A DNA stretch of 64,000 nt from the human T2T-CHM13v2.0 reference genome, Homo sapiens (GCF_009914755.1 NC_060933.1); one strand, 5' to 3'. Shown: positions 44,136-58,197, counted from the first letter of the stretch. Translations and numbers: made by a program. The notes: generated from the letters alone by a model not told the origin.

Positions 44136-46559
44136 GTAAGTGCACGCACCAAATTAGCATTTCAGAAGCAAGGCAGAGAATAAGATTTCTAATAAGTCTC
44201 TCTCCAAAATATACACCAGCCTTCAGAGATTCATTTCAGATATTTCTAACATTCAACATTCATAGGATTTTCACACAAGGAAGTTAGCAATCTTCAAACT
44301 CTCCTAGGTAGTCAGCATCTCTGTTTAGAAATTGTAACAATAATAATTCTGAAGAAATAGTAAATTCTACTTCCTTCTTTTTCAATTTCACATACCCCAC
44401 AGTGGTCATATGTGGGATGTTGTTGATTTCTAAAGAAAAATCTAAAGGTTTCACCAGTGGAATTTTTGCAAGGGTGGAAACTTACTAAAGGTAACTGCTT
44501 AGTCAAATCAATGACATCATTCACCATAGATATCTAAAGAAGCAAGATGTGATCTTTTACCTTGAATGGCTTGGGATGACCTAGGGACACCAAAAGACAT
44601 GTAATAATAATAGAGACTATTTTGGAATATGCTTCTCAGCTCTGATTTTGGGCAAGACAATCTCTTTAAACCATAAGCCTCAGTTACTTTATCTGTGAAA
44701 TGGGAACACAGTAACACAAACAGGATCATAGTGAGCATTATTTGGACAATTTAATACCCAGAGACTGTTCTAAAGCTGAGATACAGCAGATAACTATATA
44801 AACAAGGCTCCTAATCTTATGAAGCTTATGTCGTAGAGGTACTCAATACATTGTTTATAATAATAACATATAATTACTGTTATTGATATTTTTTGTTAAT
44901 TTGGCCCTTTCTTTTTCCATACCAATTTGTTCTTAGAAAAGAATCTATTATTTCAATAGAAATCATTTTCTTTTTCATGCTTTTTTTCATGATTGTTTTA
45001 GTGTTGCTAAAAGTCATAGTTTATGAATTGCCTTATAGATTAAAAAATATTTTACCATGCAGGCTAAGCCTGGCAATTTCCCAAGAGGTCAAAGAATCCT
45101 AGAGAGATATACAATCTTCTGAGAACAATCCCTGAAGAAAACACCTTCATTATTGAGCACACAGGGAATGTCTTGAGTGAGAAAGGATCCGGAAAGCAGC
45201 CTAGGGATATGGGGCCCTCTGAGAAGGAGCACCACGGCTGTGGCCTCCGGAGAGAGTTGGATGGACATGCTTAGGAGAGAACAATGCCAGAAGTGCCATT
45301 AGGCACATGTGGCTGAGAAGCCCCCCAGTAGCATGGAGTACATATAAGCTTGTGTTGGCCATCTTCAGAATGTCTGTCCTGAGAGGGAACTCTCAAAGGG
45401 GTGGAATCAGACACTCTCATACGCAGCCTTGCAGAGTCCCTCCCATATCACCAGCTCTTCTTTGGGGCCCAACCAGGCTTCTCTGCTTCTGGGACATCTG
45501 GACAGTTTCATTTGGAGGCTTCTACGTGGTCCCAGGGTCTTCTGCAGTAAGTTTGCATGTCACATCAGGCCTATCTTTATTGGTGGAGGCAAAGCTTTGA
45601 AACAGAGGACACATGGATAAAAATGGGACTCCCAGTTCAACTCTGTATTTACTAACAAAGATACTCCTAATCACTTTGATACATGGGTAAACATTCTTAT
45701 AGTACAGAAAGTTTTTAAAAATTGGGCAAACATTCCTAGAACCTCAAAATAATAAAATATTGGAGATGGAGGGGGATATTAGCACCAATTAACTCAACAT
45801 CCTTTTTTTTTTTTGGAGCTGAGGGAAAGTGAGTTTGGAGAAGGAAAAAGTTCTTCCCAAGTTCCATTATTAATATCTGAGAAATCTGGGACCAGGAACC
45901 AGGCCTTCTGACTCTCATTCTAGTGCTCCTTCCACCTCTTGATCAATTTACAACCTGGAGCAGGAAATTTGACTATCCTTCTAATCTCCTCCCAACTTGT
46001 GCAGCTACAAAAATAGATGCAATCTGGAAGCCCAGCCATGCCAAATATTGTGGCAGACTTCCCAGCCTCTCTCTCCTCCTCCCCCAGCTGATGGGAAGTT
46101 GAAGCTCCATAACACTCTTGCTAGAAATGTGACAATTATTTCTCTTTTATTCTTCCTTATATCTAAATCCCACTGCACAACCAAGTTCAAAGCCACTCAG
46201 GATCCTCTATCCAGAAAGGAAAATTCAGATTGGTCATCAGATAAACAGAATCTTCTATTTTAGCGTCTATACATTTAAAAATATATGAGACAATTGTGAA
46301 TATTTATATTTAAATAAAAGACCCATGCCAATTAAGAAGAAAAACATGGAGGCTTCGAGAGAAACCTATGTAGCTGCATGGGGTCTTCCTACTGGGATGA
46401 GACGTTAATAAAGAGAGAAACAAAAGAAGAAAGGTTGAGCATATTAAAAGATTGATTTCAAATGGTTGCTGGACGCTGTGAGAGAAGCATTGTAGAAATA
46501 TAAAAGACAAGGATATTCGAACATAGCTAGAAGATGAATTCAAGAAGCTGTTTTTCTTC

Positions 46560-47030
46560 ATGCTGATACTTGGCAGAATACTGAAAAGAGTATATGGAGA
46601 CATATGTACAAGGATGCTCATTGCAGCATTATTTGTAATAGAAAAAAATGGAAATAATCTTAATCTCCTTCCATAGGGGACTGGTTAGAATAAATTATGG
46701 TGCATCTATACTATGGAATAGCATGCAGCTCTTTAAAAACACAAAGTTGAACTGCATGTTCTGATACAGAATGATGTTAAACATACATTAGGATACAAAG
46801 TGATAAAAAGGAAGTCACAATATGATGTAACATAATCTGGTTATATATAACAGAAAATGGATATATTTATACATACATAGAAAATTTCTAGAACATGCAA
46901 GAAAATTAATTGCTGGGAAATGCTAATAAAAAGAGAGAAAGAGGATGAGATGCTTTGATCTGTTGTCTTTCATCCTTCAGATGTGAAGGTTTTACCATGA
47001 GGGATATATTATTTCTAATATTTTCAAAAC
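46560..47030 (+). mobile_element. L1ME-like 3' fragment
   Basis: atgtacaaggatgctcattgcagcattatttgtaatag..taggggactggtta..taaattatgg. Confidence 0.8.
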
Positions 47031-47799
47031 ACAAAAATCATCCAGCACTGATTTTTCCCATATATTTTAATGTATTAATAAATGGTACACAACATTAAAA
47101 AGTAATAATGAATGCAGAAAAAATACCCAAGAGGTTTTCACCAAACACACTTTCTTCCTCCCTGAAGACTTCAGTTGCTGGGTAAAACTTATCTTCCCCA
47201 TCCTTGCCATCGCCCTTTGGAACTATGAAGGCTGACACCATGTAGAATTCCTCAATCACATGCTTCCTTGGCCCCGTGATTCACAGACCTCAGACTTATT
47301 CTACATCTGCTACTAGCCTTTTGGCTACAGTAGGACCTCATTATGATGCCTAGAGTTCAAACTTGGAGCTTCCTTTCTCTGGTCATAGCTCAGAAAGCTA
47401 GGAGCACAAAGAATTGGCCCAAATGTCCCAGCAAGTTCAACCAAATCATCTTTATCCCCCTTTTTGGCTAAAGACAGATCAGGGAATTCCCTCAGCCAGT
47501 GCTGGTGAAATGCAGTAAGAAGTTTGTCCAAGTCTCTGCAACATATCTGTAGAACCACTTAGAGAAGAGTGGGCTGGATGACTTCGTGGAGCATAGCCAC
47601 AGACTTAACAAACATGTCCATAAAGCATAAGGTACTAATGAAGGCAATTGGAGAGAGGATCTAAAGGTCTGCAAAAGAGTCCAGTGTTGGGCCTTATCAC
47701 ACTGATTTTCTTTTCCCTCCCAATTTATTAAAACATTCTGACCTCTGAACATGAAAAGATACAAATTGGACCATTTTTTTTCTATGATAAAAACTTGCC

Positions 47800-48650
47800 C
47801 TGTCTACATACTGTATGGCTCCATTTATATGACATTCCAGAAAAAGCAAACTAGAGAGATAGAAAGTAGGTGTTAGAGCTGGAGTGGGGATTGGCTACAA
47901 TGGGGCAGCATGAGTCAATTTTTTGGAAGATGAAACTATCCTGTGTCATGATTCCAGAGATGAATACCTGACTGTATGCATTTGTCAAAACCCTTAGAAC
48001 TATATGCCATAAAAATGTGAATTTTTCTGTATGTAAATTTAAAACTAAATAGAAAAAAGTGCTTTGTCATGTTGAGATCCTATTATTTATTATAATAATA
48101 ATAAATGGATATAAAAATGAATGCTAGGTCCTCACTTCAACAGCTTACAACTGCAAAGGCAAAATTCCCCTAGTTTCTTCTGAGTTGGAGTTAAGCTATC
48201 TGGCTGCACATACCCATCATATCCTCAGGTGGCCCCTGTCTGCCTCCCCAGTTTTGTCTCCACTCATTACTTTTTCTTCCCACTCCACATTCTCAGTCCT
48301 AAATATACCAAGTTGCTTCCTGCCCCTGTGCCTTTGCACACAGGTCTCTTAACTAGTAACACCTTTGCCTCACCATCTCCCTGCACTAACCATGAAAACC
48401 CTTCAACCTTCAAAACCCAGCTCAGCCAACAGCTTCTTAGAAAATCTTCCCTGACTCCTCGTTGAGCCATCTCTCTACATTGTTTATTTCTATTGCCACC
48501 CCGAGTGAAAGATGCATTGTTCACTTGGCTCCTGGAGTTAAATTGAGCTCCTGGAGGATAGATGCTAGGTCTTCTTCTTCACTTCTGGGTCCTCAGAACC
48601 CAGCACACGGTTGGATACAAAATGCCACACTCAAATAAGTATTTGTAGAC
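47800..48650 (+). mobile_element. L1M 3' fragment (47800-48050) and L2 fragment (48200-48650)
   Basis: catactgtatggctccatttatatgacattccagaaaaagcaaa; cctttgcaca..ccttcaaaacccagctca..gagctcctggagg. Confidence 0.75.
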
Positions 48651-50759
48651 TTTAAACAATTTTAGATCATTAATTTTTTTTTTCTGATTAGGCAAGCTAA
48701 ATCACTAGTTGTGTTTGAACAAGGGGCATTTCTCAAAAAAAAAAAAATTCCTAACACTATAATCGGTTTTTCCTTTTCTAGCATTTTGTTAGTATTTGGG
48801 GACAATTTCACATATTAAGAGGGTGTAGTCACCATTAATCCATTTTATAGCATGTTTTGCAAGATGTAGTCTCATATCTTACTTCAGTCAATTTTCTTCT
48901 GGTTTTCAGGCACTGGTGTAAATAAGCTTGCAATGCCTTTGTGTGATTCCTAATTCTTCCCTGCAGTCCCTTATACTTAAGATAAGAGGACTAAAGTGCA
49001 TTTGACTTCAGCTGGGGCTTATTGTGATGCATCCAAAAGCAAATGGAGAAATATCAGCAGACCACACAGACTCCTTGGAAAGGACTGTGATGCATTGCTG
49101 TAAGAATCTCAGAATATTGCTTGTGGTAAAACCCCTGTGCCTCACTCAAATACTAAGGGATCTGAAAGGATTGGAGGAAGGGATTTCCCATCCTGAATTC
49201 TCTATTCACCAAAGCTGATCTCATTCCCTGACTTCAGTGATAAGATAGGTCGAAGACACCTGGCTGTTTCAGGCTAGTATTTTGACAATGGCTAGGATGG
49301 ATCCTTGCCTTCAAGGAGACTGCAGTAGGCTCAGTCTTCAGGGAGAGCTGCCAGCTTTGTTGTCACACTTGCTCAAGTCAAGGTAGATCTGGCTGGAGCT
49401 GGGGATATGGCCAGTCCATTACAGGTCTGGATAAGGTGTGATTAATGGCAGGACCAAAGGTTTCAGAACATGGCTCTGAGGCCTTGGCAACCACATTCAC
49501 GAGTACAGCATCTTAGAAGAGTGGCATAGGAAACATGCTGTCATCTCGCTAATCCTCAGTTTCCCCATCTGTCATAGAGAAAGGATTAAAACTAATGATT
49601 TCTAAGGCTCCCTTCCCAGCTGCAACTTGGGTAAAACAGAATGGTCAGAAACAAGGCCAGGCAGGAGCAGAGGGCAAGGCAGCTCAGAGTTCATGCTGAG
49701 CTAGAGAAGAACAAAAAGTAAGAGCAACCTTTGGGGATTCCTGGATGGCTCCTGAGGTTTCCCACACCAATAAGACACTGGGGAAGCTGTCCACAAGACC
49801 ATTTAACAAGCTATATGCTTAGAGAATATTTGCAAAGAAGGGCCTGCTCAGTAGCCTTCAGAGGCCCATGGAGTAGCGCATGGACAATCTACTAGGATCC
49901 AGTATCCCAGGCAGGAGTCCTAGGGGCAGGACTCACATTTCTCAGTCCAGCTGGCCCCTACACTGGCCCCAGCCTTGGCATAGCCCTTCTGACTTCTTTC
50001 AAACACCTTCTCTTTATTCGCTCTAAACTCCAATGTATATTTCATTAGAAAGCAACATGGCATGGCAGAAATACAGCAACTTTAGAGTGAAGCCCTGAAT
50101 GTGAGTCTTAGCAGCCTCGACTGTTATGCACCACATAATCTTGAGTAAATTATTTTTGCCACCACTACCTCAGTGTTCTTCATCTGTAAAATGGAAACTA
50201 TACCACCCATCTCTAGAGATGTTTTCATGATTCAAATCAGATCACTAAATTGCCGTGCTCTGTAAACTGAAACACTAGACAAACCTAAGCCATTAGCCAT
50301 GTCAAATTATTTTGGGAAGTCATTGGGGTCTAAATGATGCATAAACAAAACCAGAGCTGGAGAGAAAGCCTCGCTTGGCCCTGTGCAGACTCACTGTCTC
50401 CTTTCCGTCATCTGGCGATCCCCCCGAACCCTCCCCTCCAGCCTTCCGGGCTTGGCGGTGGGGCCAGCCAGCCACTAACAGGACTCACCGCTCGAACCAG
50501 ACAGTCCCCAGGGCTGGAGGCTTGTGGCTGTGAGCCTATCAGCTGGCATGTTGACAGACACAGAATCTGGCCAATAAATGTCTAATTGGGATGGTACCAA
50601 TTCTCAAACACGGCAGTTCTGCATAGTGAATCCAAAGGGGTAGGAGGCAATACTAAAAGCCAGAGGTCTGGGAGGCCACAAACCTTGGCACTTCAAGGCC
50701 ATGGAATGTTGTGGAAGGGTAGAGGATCTGGAAAAAACAACACACTAGCATTTTATGTG

Positions 50760-51580
50760 CAGGAGGCAGTGTGTGGCAGGGAAAAGTATGTGAACTCAGG
50801 GGCCTCAGACACCTGAATACCAAGCCCAGCTCTGCTATTTACTGTCTATGTATTCTTTAGCAGGTCACTTAACTTTTCTGAGCCTTGGTTTTCTCATTGT
50901 ACAATGAGTATTGCAACAGTAACGTAATTCTAATACCTAACATCTACTGGAGGCGTATTATGTACCAGTCACTGTTTCATGTCCTCTGCCAGTGTAACCC
51001 ATGTAACCAACTTCTCAGCATTCTTCTGAAGCTACTTGGTGAAGTATCTGGTAGGCTAACAGGCACTCTGAGAATGAGCTTCCTCCCTGTACCCTTTATC
51101 TTTATGTCCCCCAAACACAGCTGCCCTAGTGCAGCCGATATTTTATCCTTCGTGAATCCCAGCTTCACTACTTACTGGCTCTGTAGTCTTGGGCAAGTCA
51201 CCTAACCACTCTGAGCCTCACTTTTTTTCTTGGGTAAAATAATGAATAATGACCTCTTAGAGTTGTTGCGGGAACAAAATGATAAAGACAAAGCACTTAG
51301 TGCAATGGCTACCAGGTAGTAAATTCTCCATATTAGTTGCTTTACTTTTTATTTATAAACCCTCTTATTTGTGTCACATTTTTTCACTTTGTGAAGCACT
51401 TTCACAGCTGTTAACTCATTAGATTTATACTCTATAAGGAAGATATGGGAAGAATTATTAATTTTTTGACAAGTGGAGGCTCAGAATTGTGGAGTGGCTT
51501 ACTCAAGGTCATGTCATGAATAAGAAGTGGAGATGAAACCTAACCCAGCTCTTCCTCCTTCAAGCCTAGTGCTCTTTCTC
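50760..51580. mobile_element. Cluster of MIR elements in both orientations
   Basis: caggtcacttaacttttctgagccttggttttctcatt; cttgggcaagtcacctaaccactctgagcctca; ggaggctcaga..caaggtca. Confidence 0.8.
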
Positions 51581-52469
51581 TTCTAAGAAACTGCAGAGAG
51601 TCACTGGTAATGGCCAGAGTCAACTCCTCAAAGCTGCCCCTTCGGCCCAGAACAAAATTGATGAGTCCATTGGTTTTGTTAACGGTGGGTGAAAGCCAGA
51701 GACTCTGGGTGAATCCAGAGTCTCTGCAGCTATTCTGTGAATAGAGGGAAAGGCTCAGGCAACTACAGGTCCTTGAGGATAATTTATGGCATTTAGGGGC
51801 ATTTACGAGTCAGGGAGAAGTAGGGAGAGGCTCTGAATGGAAACAGTTCCCACTGAGTTTGCAAGTCCTCAGACTTCACAGTGTCCCACAGAAATGGAAT
51901 GTAAAATTGCATGGATAAATATTCTGGTAGTTTTCTGAGTAGAAAGACTATAGGTTTTGCCTGATTATCTGAAGCATTTCTGACCCACAAAAGGGAAAGA
52001 GCAGTTGCTGTAAGAATGCCACATTGACTTCCGCACTTGAAGTCACCCTCTTACAAGTCCTGTTCTATAGAGGTGGCTTTTAGGGAGGATGACCGTGACC
52101 AAAGGAAATAGACACCATGTTCTGTCTGCCTTGCCTGGTGTCACCTTTATTTCCTTCTTTTCTTCTTCTATTTGTCAACTTTTCTTTAATAAATAAAGAG
52201 TATCTTCATAGTCACTCAAAACAGCAAAGTTTTTTTTAAACCTTTAAGTCCATTATTTAACTCAAGAAACAAGAGTTTATGTAACATAAGCAGGGTTTCC
52301 CACTCTGTCTGTCTCAGCAAATGCAATTTAGATGTGCTGTTTCTAATGAAAGCAAAAACAGAACAAATAATTAAATTAAAAACAACAGCATCAATTTAGT
52401 GATTTACCAATTAGCAATTCACTCCAACATGTATTGAATAAATGCTGAGCTCACAGAACACCATGCATA

Positions 52470-53945
52470 GTGTTCCTAGTTTAATTGGCCTCTCTGCAAC
52501 ATTGAACATGCTAGCCACTGTCTTCTGCTATACCACCATCTTCCCTTGGTCTTGGTGACACACACTTCCCTGGCTCTCTGCCTCTTATAAAGTTCCCTCT
52601 TCTTTTCTCCACCTAGATATTGGCTCCATCCATAGCCTCATTTTCAAGCTATCTCTCTGATGACTTCATTTGCTTCCATGACTTCAGTATCTACCTGATG
52701 ATCTACACTGATGATTCCCAAATTTACATCTTTAGCTCAGACATCTTAAAAGAATTCCAGGTTTACAAAGCCAACCTCTTACAGGACACCTCCATTTGAA
52801 TGTCCCATCAGTATTCAAACTCAACACGTCAGAAGCTGAACTTATTATTCCCAGGGTTAACCCTTGACTTTGACTAGGAAGACTCAGAGTCAATTATAAT
52901 CTTCCTCTTGTGCTTCCTATTAGTGACTGCAAGCAAAAACCATGGATGTTTGACTTATTTCCCACTGCCACGTCCAGTGATCCTAAGCCTTTGCTTCTTC
53001 TCCAGTACCTTCAATAACCATCAAATACCTTGGTTACTCTACTAATTTCACTTAACTGGACAATAGCAACAGCCTTGTAACAGATCTCTTTGCTCTATTC
53101 TTGACTGCTTCAATCTGTTCTTTATGCAGCAGTCAGAGTGATTTTCCCAAGATGCAAACTAGATTATGTCACTCTCATATCTAAAACTCTTCAGTGGTTA
53201 CCAAGGCCTTCAGGATAAGGTTCAAACACCTGGGGATGTCTTATCAGTTCCTCTGTCTCTGACCCTTGCCCACTTCTCCAGGCATCTTCCTGCCGTCTGT
53301 ATTAGTTAGGATTGAGGTTCCAGCTGCTATAACAAAGACACAGACATAAGAGTGGCTTTTAAACAAGGTAGATGGCTTCTCCTCTCTTATATAGAAAACC
53401 AAGTGTAAACAGTCAGGTCTGCTGTAGGAATCCCAGTTCCTTCTATCCTGCTGCTCCATTATCCTCAATGTGTGGCTTCCATCTAAGGTGGTCTAAGGTG
53501 ATTGCTACTGTTCCTACCATCACTTTCCATTCCAGTCAACAGTAAAGGGCCAAAGGGACAATGAAAGGATCCAGATGAGATTAAAAAAACATATTACATC
53601 CACCCACACCCTGTTGACGGTAATTAAGTTATTTGTCCAACCTTGGCTTCAAGGGTGGCTATGAAATGTAGCATTTTGCTGAGCGGCTGGGTGCTAACTC
53701 ATGCTTGTTTCAACCTAGGAATTTGTAACTGTTGAGAACCCTTTCTGCTCCCAGAGGACCTTGTGCTTCCCCTCCCAAAATGCTTACACTAGATTTGAAT
53801 TGCTTGATTACTTATCTATTTTCTCATCCAGACTATGAGATTCTTTAGAATGGAACTGCATCTTGCTCATCTTTGTTTCCTGAGTGCCTAGCATAGTGCC
53901 TGATGCATAATAGGTTATCAATACATGTTTGTGGGTTGAATAAAT
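52470..53945 (+). mobile_element. L2 (ORF2 remnant to 3' end) interrupted by an MLT1J-like LTR
   Basis: gatgattcccaaatttacatct..tcaaactcaacacgtc..gtgcctagcatagtgcctga..caatacatgtttg. Confidence 0.8.
53298..53680 (-). mobile_element. MLT1J-like LTR
   Basis: tgtattagttagg..gttccagctgctataacaaaga..gtggcttttaaacaag..cccagttccttctatcctgctgctcca. Confidence 0.75.
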
Positions 53946-54399
53946 TTTTTAAAGTTTAGTAAGAATAGGACCTCAAATTGTACACACAGTATGAACTTAG
54001 CTATAAAAAAAAACACAAAAAGCAAATAAACAAATATAAAAAGAGTTCCAAGTAGAAGAATATCAAAATGTTAATATAGGTTGCTTGTAGGCCATGAGAT
54101 TATGGGTGGTTTCTCTCTGATTCTAGCACTATTATTTTAATTTGGGGGAAATATTATTAAAAAGGAGGAAGGAAATTTTGTTGGCTTTAATTTATATTAA
54201 GCTCTTTAAAAGTTTCACTAAAGAATTCACAATTATGTCGTCTTTGAGCCATTGCTCTTTCAAAACACCACAGAGCCAACTTGGAATGATTTATTTCAAA
54301 GTTAACATTTAGAGGAAGAGGTCACCAACCCCAGACTGGCCATTTCATAGGTGAGAAAACTAGGTCCAGAGAGAAGAAGGGGCCTCCATAAATATGGTC

Positions 54400-54765
54400 G
54401 TTTTTATTGTGATAAGAACACTTAACATGAGATCTATACTCTTAACAAAATTGTATGTGCATGGTAGAGTATTGCTAATTACAGGCACAATGTTGTACAG
54501 CAGATCTATAGAACTTGTCAGTCTTGTAAAACTTTATATTTGTTGAATAGCAACTCCCCATTTTCTCTCTCCCCTCAGTCCCTGGCAACCACCATTATAT
54601 TCTGTTTCTATGAGTTTGACTATTTTAGAAACCTCATATAAGTGGAATCACATGGTGTTCGTCTTTCTGTGACTACCTAATTTCACTTAGCATAATGTCC
54701 TTCAGGTTTATCCACGCTGTTGTATATGGCAGGATTTTCTTCTTATTTAAGGCTGACTAATACTC

Positions 54766-54796
<31 letters not shown>

Positions 54797-56410
54797 CTCT
54801 CTCTCTCTCTCATATAAATGATAAAAGGTTAATATCCAAAATATATAAAAAGCTCCTACAACTCAATAGCAAAACAACCAATAAAATCACATACACACAG
54901 CATGCACATGTGGGTATCACATTTTCTTTATTCATCTGTCAATGAACACTTGTTTCCATATCTTTGCTATTGGCAATAACACTACAATGAACATGACAGC
55001 ATTAACATTTATTTGAGATCCCGATTTCAGTTCTTTTGGATATATACTCAGAAGTGGGATTGCTGGATCATATTGTAGTTCTATTTTTAATTATTTAAGG
55101 AAACTTCATACTGTTTTCCATAGCAGAGGCACCATTTTATATTCCCACTAACACTGCACAAGGGCTCCCAATGCTCTGTGTCCTTCGTTATCCCTTTTTT
55201 TTGACAATAGACATCCTGATAGGTGTGAAATGGTATCTCATTGTGATTTTGATTTGCATTTCCCTGATGAATAGTGATATTGAGCATTTTTCATAAACTT
55301 CTTGACCACTTGTATGTCTTCTTTCAAGAAATGTCTATTAAGTCTTTTTGCCATTTGGGGTTTGTGGGTGTGTGTGTGTGTATGTGGTTTTGATTGGCTG
55401 TTTTGCTATTGAGTTGTAGGAGCTTTATATATATTTTGGATATTAACCTTTTATCACTTACATAATTTACAAATTTTTTTCCCATTCTGTGGGTTGCCTT
55501 TTCACTCTGTTGTTTATTTTGCTGTGCAAAAGTTTTTTAGTTGGATGCAATCTCACTCATTTATTTTTGCTTATGTGGTTTGTGCTTTTGGTGTCATATC
55601 CAAGAAATCATTGCCTAGACCAATGTTATAAAGTTTTTTCTCCATGTTTTCTTCTAGGAGTTTTAGAGATTCAGGTCTCATGTTTACATTTTTGTTAATT
55701 AACTACTTTAGGTTAATTTTTGTGTACAGTGTAAGATAAGGGTCCAATTTCATTCTTTTGTATGTATGTGAAGATCCAATTTTCCCAATACCATTAGTTA
55801 AAGAGACTATCCTTTCTCCATTATGTATTATTGGCACCCAAAGATCAGTTGACCGTGTATGCTGTGGGTTTATTTCTGGGCTCTCTATTCTGCTCATTGT
55901 TCTACATGTCTGTTTTTATACCAATATTATACTGTTTTAATTAGTGTAGCTTTGTAATATATTTTGAAATCAAGAAGTGTGATGCCTTCAACTTTCTTTA
56001 TCTCTCTCAAGATAGCTTTGGCTATTCAGAATATTTTGTAGTTCAATATGCACGTTAGGATTACTTTTTCTATTTTTGTTTAAAAAACGGGATATTAATA
56101 AGGGTTGCATTGAATCTGTAGATCACTTTGAATAATGTGGACATTTAAAAAATATTAAGTCTTCTAAACCATGGGGACAGGATGATTTCCCATTTATTTG
56201 TGTCTTTAATTTCTTTCATCAATGTTTTATAGTTTTCAGTGTACAAATCTTTGACCTCCTTGGTTGAGTTTATTCCCCAATTTTTTTTTCTTCTGATGCT
56301 ATTGTAAATAAAATTGTTTTCTTAATTTCCTTTTTGGATAGTTTGCTGTTTGTGTGTAGAAATATAACTGATTTTTGTATGTCACCGTTGTGTTCTACGA
56401 CTTTGCTAGG
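54400..56410 (-). mobile_element. L1MA (MA9/10-like) 3' 2 kb
   Basis: aagaacacttaacatgagatcta..tgttgtacagcagatct at the 3' end; minus-strand ORF2 remnants (RIESPEINP, KRMKLDPYLTLYTKIN). Confidence 0.9.
54815..54899 (+). repeat. 85-bp inverted duplicate of 55375-55460
   Basis: Manual alignment to the reverse complement of 55375-55460 gives 4 substitutions and 1 indel. Confidence 0.95.
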
Positions 56411-56525
56411 TTTGTTTACTAGTTTAAACTGATTGGCTGTGCCTCTGGATGTATCAGGCTTGGTTTTATTCTTTAGAGAATGCCTTTGATTGATACTTTT
56501 TAATTTCAATTGTTCTCATTTCCAG

Positions 56526-56800
56526 TCACGATGAACCGCCAGTCCAGAAACAACACATCCCGCTGTGTGCACGGCTCAATTTGGTGCCTTGGCCAGCGTA
56601 CTGGAAATAAATGATGAAATCAGTCCTAGTAGCCCATTGCAGATGCCGCCACACTGCAGCATCCTAAGACAAGGGCATTTGTCTGCAGCTTTTCCAGGAA
56701 GAGTCCCCTGGCAAAACTTATCAAAAAAAGGCGAGGCTGCCAAATGTTTTGCTCTTTCTTGACATGATTATGGGGGCCATTTTGTGATGATTTTTTAAAG
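56526..56800 (+). other. CpG-retaining unique block after a good acceptor (candidate exon or conserved element)
   Basis: ttcaattgttctcatttccag|TCACG; several CpGs; the 3' boundary is not defined. Confidence 0.25.
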
Positions 56801-58197
56801 AAATCTGAGTTTATTCCTTTTTTCACTTAGCTCTTAACCCCTTGGTTACACAGTCATGAAGTGGGCACAGAGGAGCAAGTCATGTTGTAAAAGACTTTGA
56901 GATCAAACAAATTCAAGGAGAATTGTTCCATCTTGATTATGCACACCTCTCCCTTGTCCCCACTGCTCTGGGTATTAGACTCCTCAGCATAGTCTGAATA
57001 GAACATGAGCAAGCAGAGCTCAGCATCTTTAGAGACATCTTCTGACCTTTGGATTCTCTCTTCCAACCTCCATACCCAGTGGTTCTACCTCCTCCAGGAA
57101 GTCTTCCTGATTGTCCTGGCTTTCTCTGGTCTCATATGCCTCAGAACTGCTAGTTCATGGCCTGTGTACATATGCCACTTTTTTTGTATGTCCCATATCT
57201 AACCTTAGGTGTTGATTTATTTTTTCATGTAAGCCTACTACATTTCCCCAATCTGTGGGCTTTCCGAAGTCACGGGCTGTGTCTGACTCATCTATATGTC
57301 CTCAGAGACTTGCTCTCAATAAGCACTCTGCAAATTCTTGTTGAATCTGTAAGATCATCCAACCATTTAGGGCAGCTTTACTTTAGAATTTGAGCCAACA
57401 TTCCTTTCCCAGTTAACCCAGAGCTCCCACCTCTCACCCATAGATCTTTTGGATCAAGTCTCTCTTCTAGGCCTTCAGCTCAAGGGAAAGCAGAAAAAGT
57501 ACAGGACTAATAGGTAAGAGTCCTGGGTTCAATCTAATATCTGTCTATTACTAATTGAATGAGTCATTGTATGTCTCCCAAAAATAGTTTTTTCAACTGC
57601 ACAATGGTTGTTGTTGCACTACACAAGTTGTTGTAAGGATTCGGTGAAGTAGTGTACTCCCAAAATCTTGGAGACAGGTAAAACCCAAAAAGGCAACTTT
57701 ATACTCCTGTGAATATTACCTTTTTTCTTCTCCACTTGTAGGAACCACAATTTTTTTGTTTCTTTCCATCCATATCTGACCCGTTCACATTACTGCTCAC
57801 AAAACTCACCTCAGCACATGATGTTCTTGCCTATACCAAACAGCAGCCTCCAGAAGTGTAAATTTTATAGCTGTAAATGGAGTCATTCAAGAATAACAGG
57901 GTCAGGTCTAAGTCTGGCATCTACAGTGAGGGTTCAGAAATAGTGATAAAAGCCAAACACCCCCTCTATTACTGAAGAGAGTCAATATTCCTGGAGACAT
58001 CCATGTTAGCAGTAGGAACATCTAGATGGTAACAACAAAAAGGTGCATACAGATGGAATTGGTGCAAATTGTACTGGATTTACTCTGTAAAGATCCAGTG
58101 TTTGTCTATCTTTGTTGACAATGCTTGTAACACACCAGCATTCTATATCTCTTCTCTATGGCTAAGGTCACTTGGGGGAATTCAGAGTACTTCTACA

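Noticed and set aside
48890-48970. Strong acceptors at 48909 and 48966 (also 23356 and 57741)
   Set aside because: No convincing donor at exon distance; isolated acceptors are common in introns.
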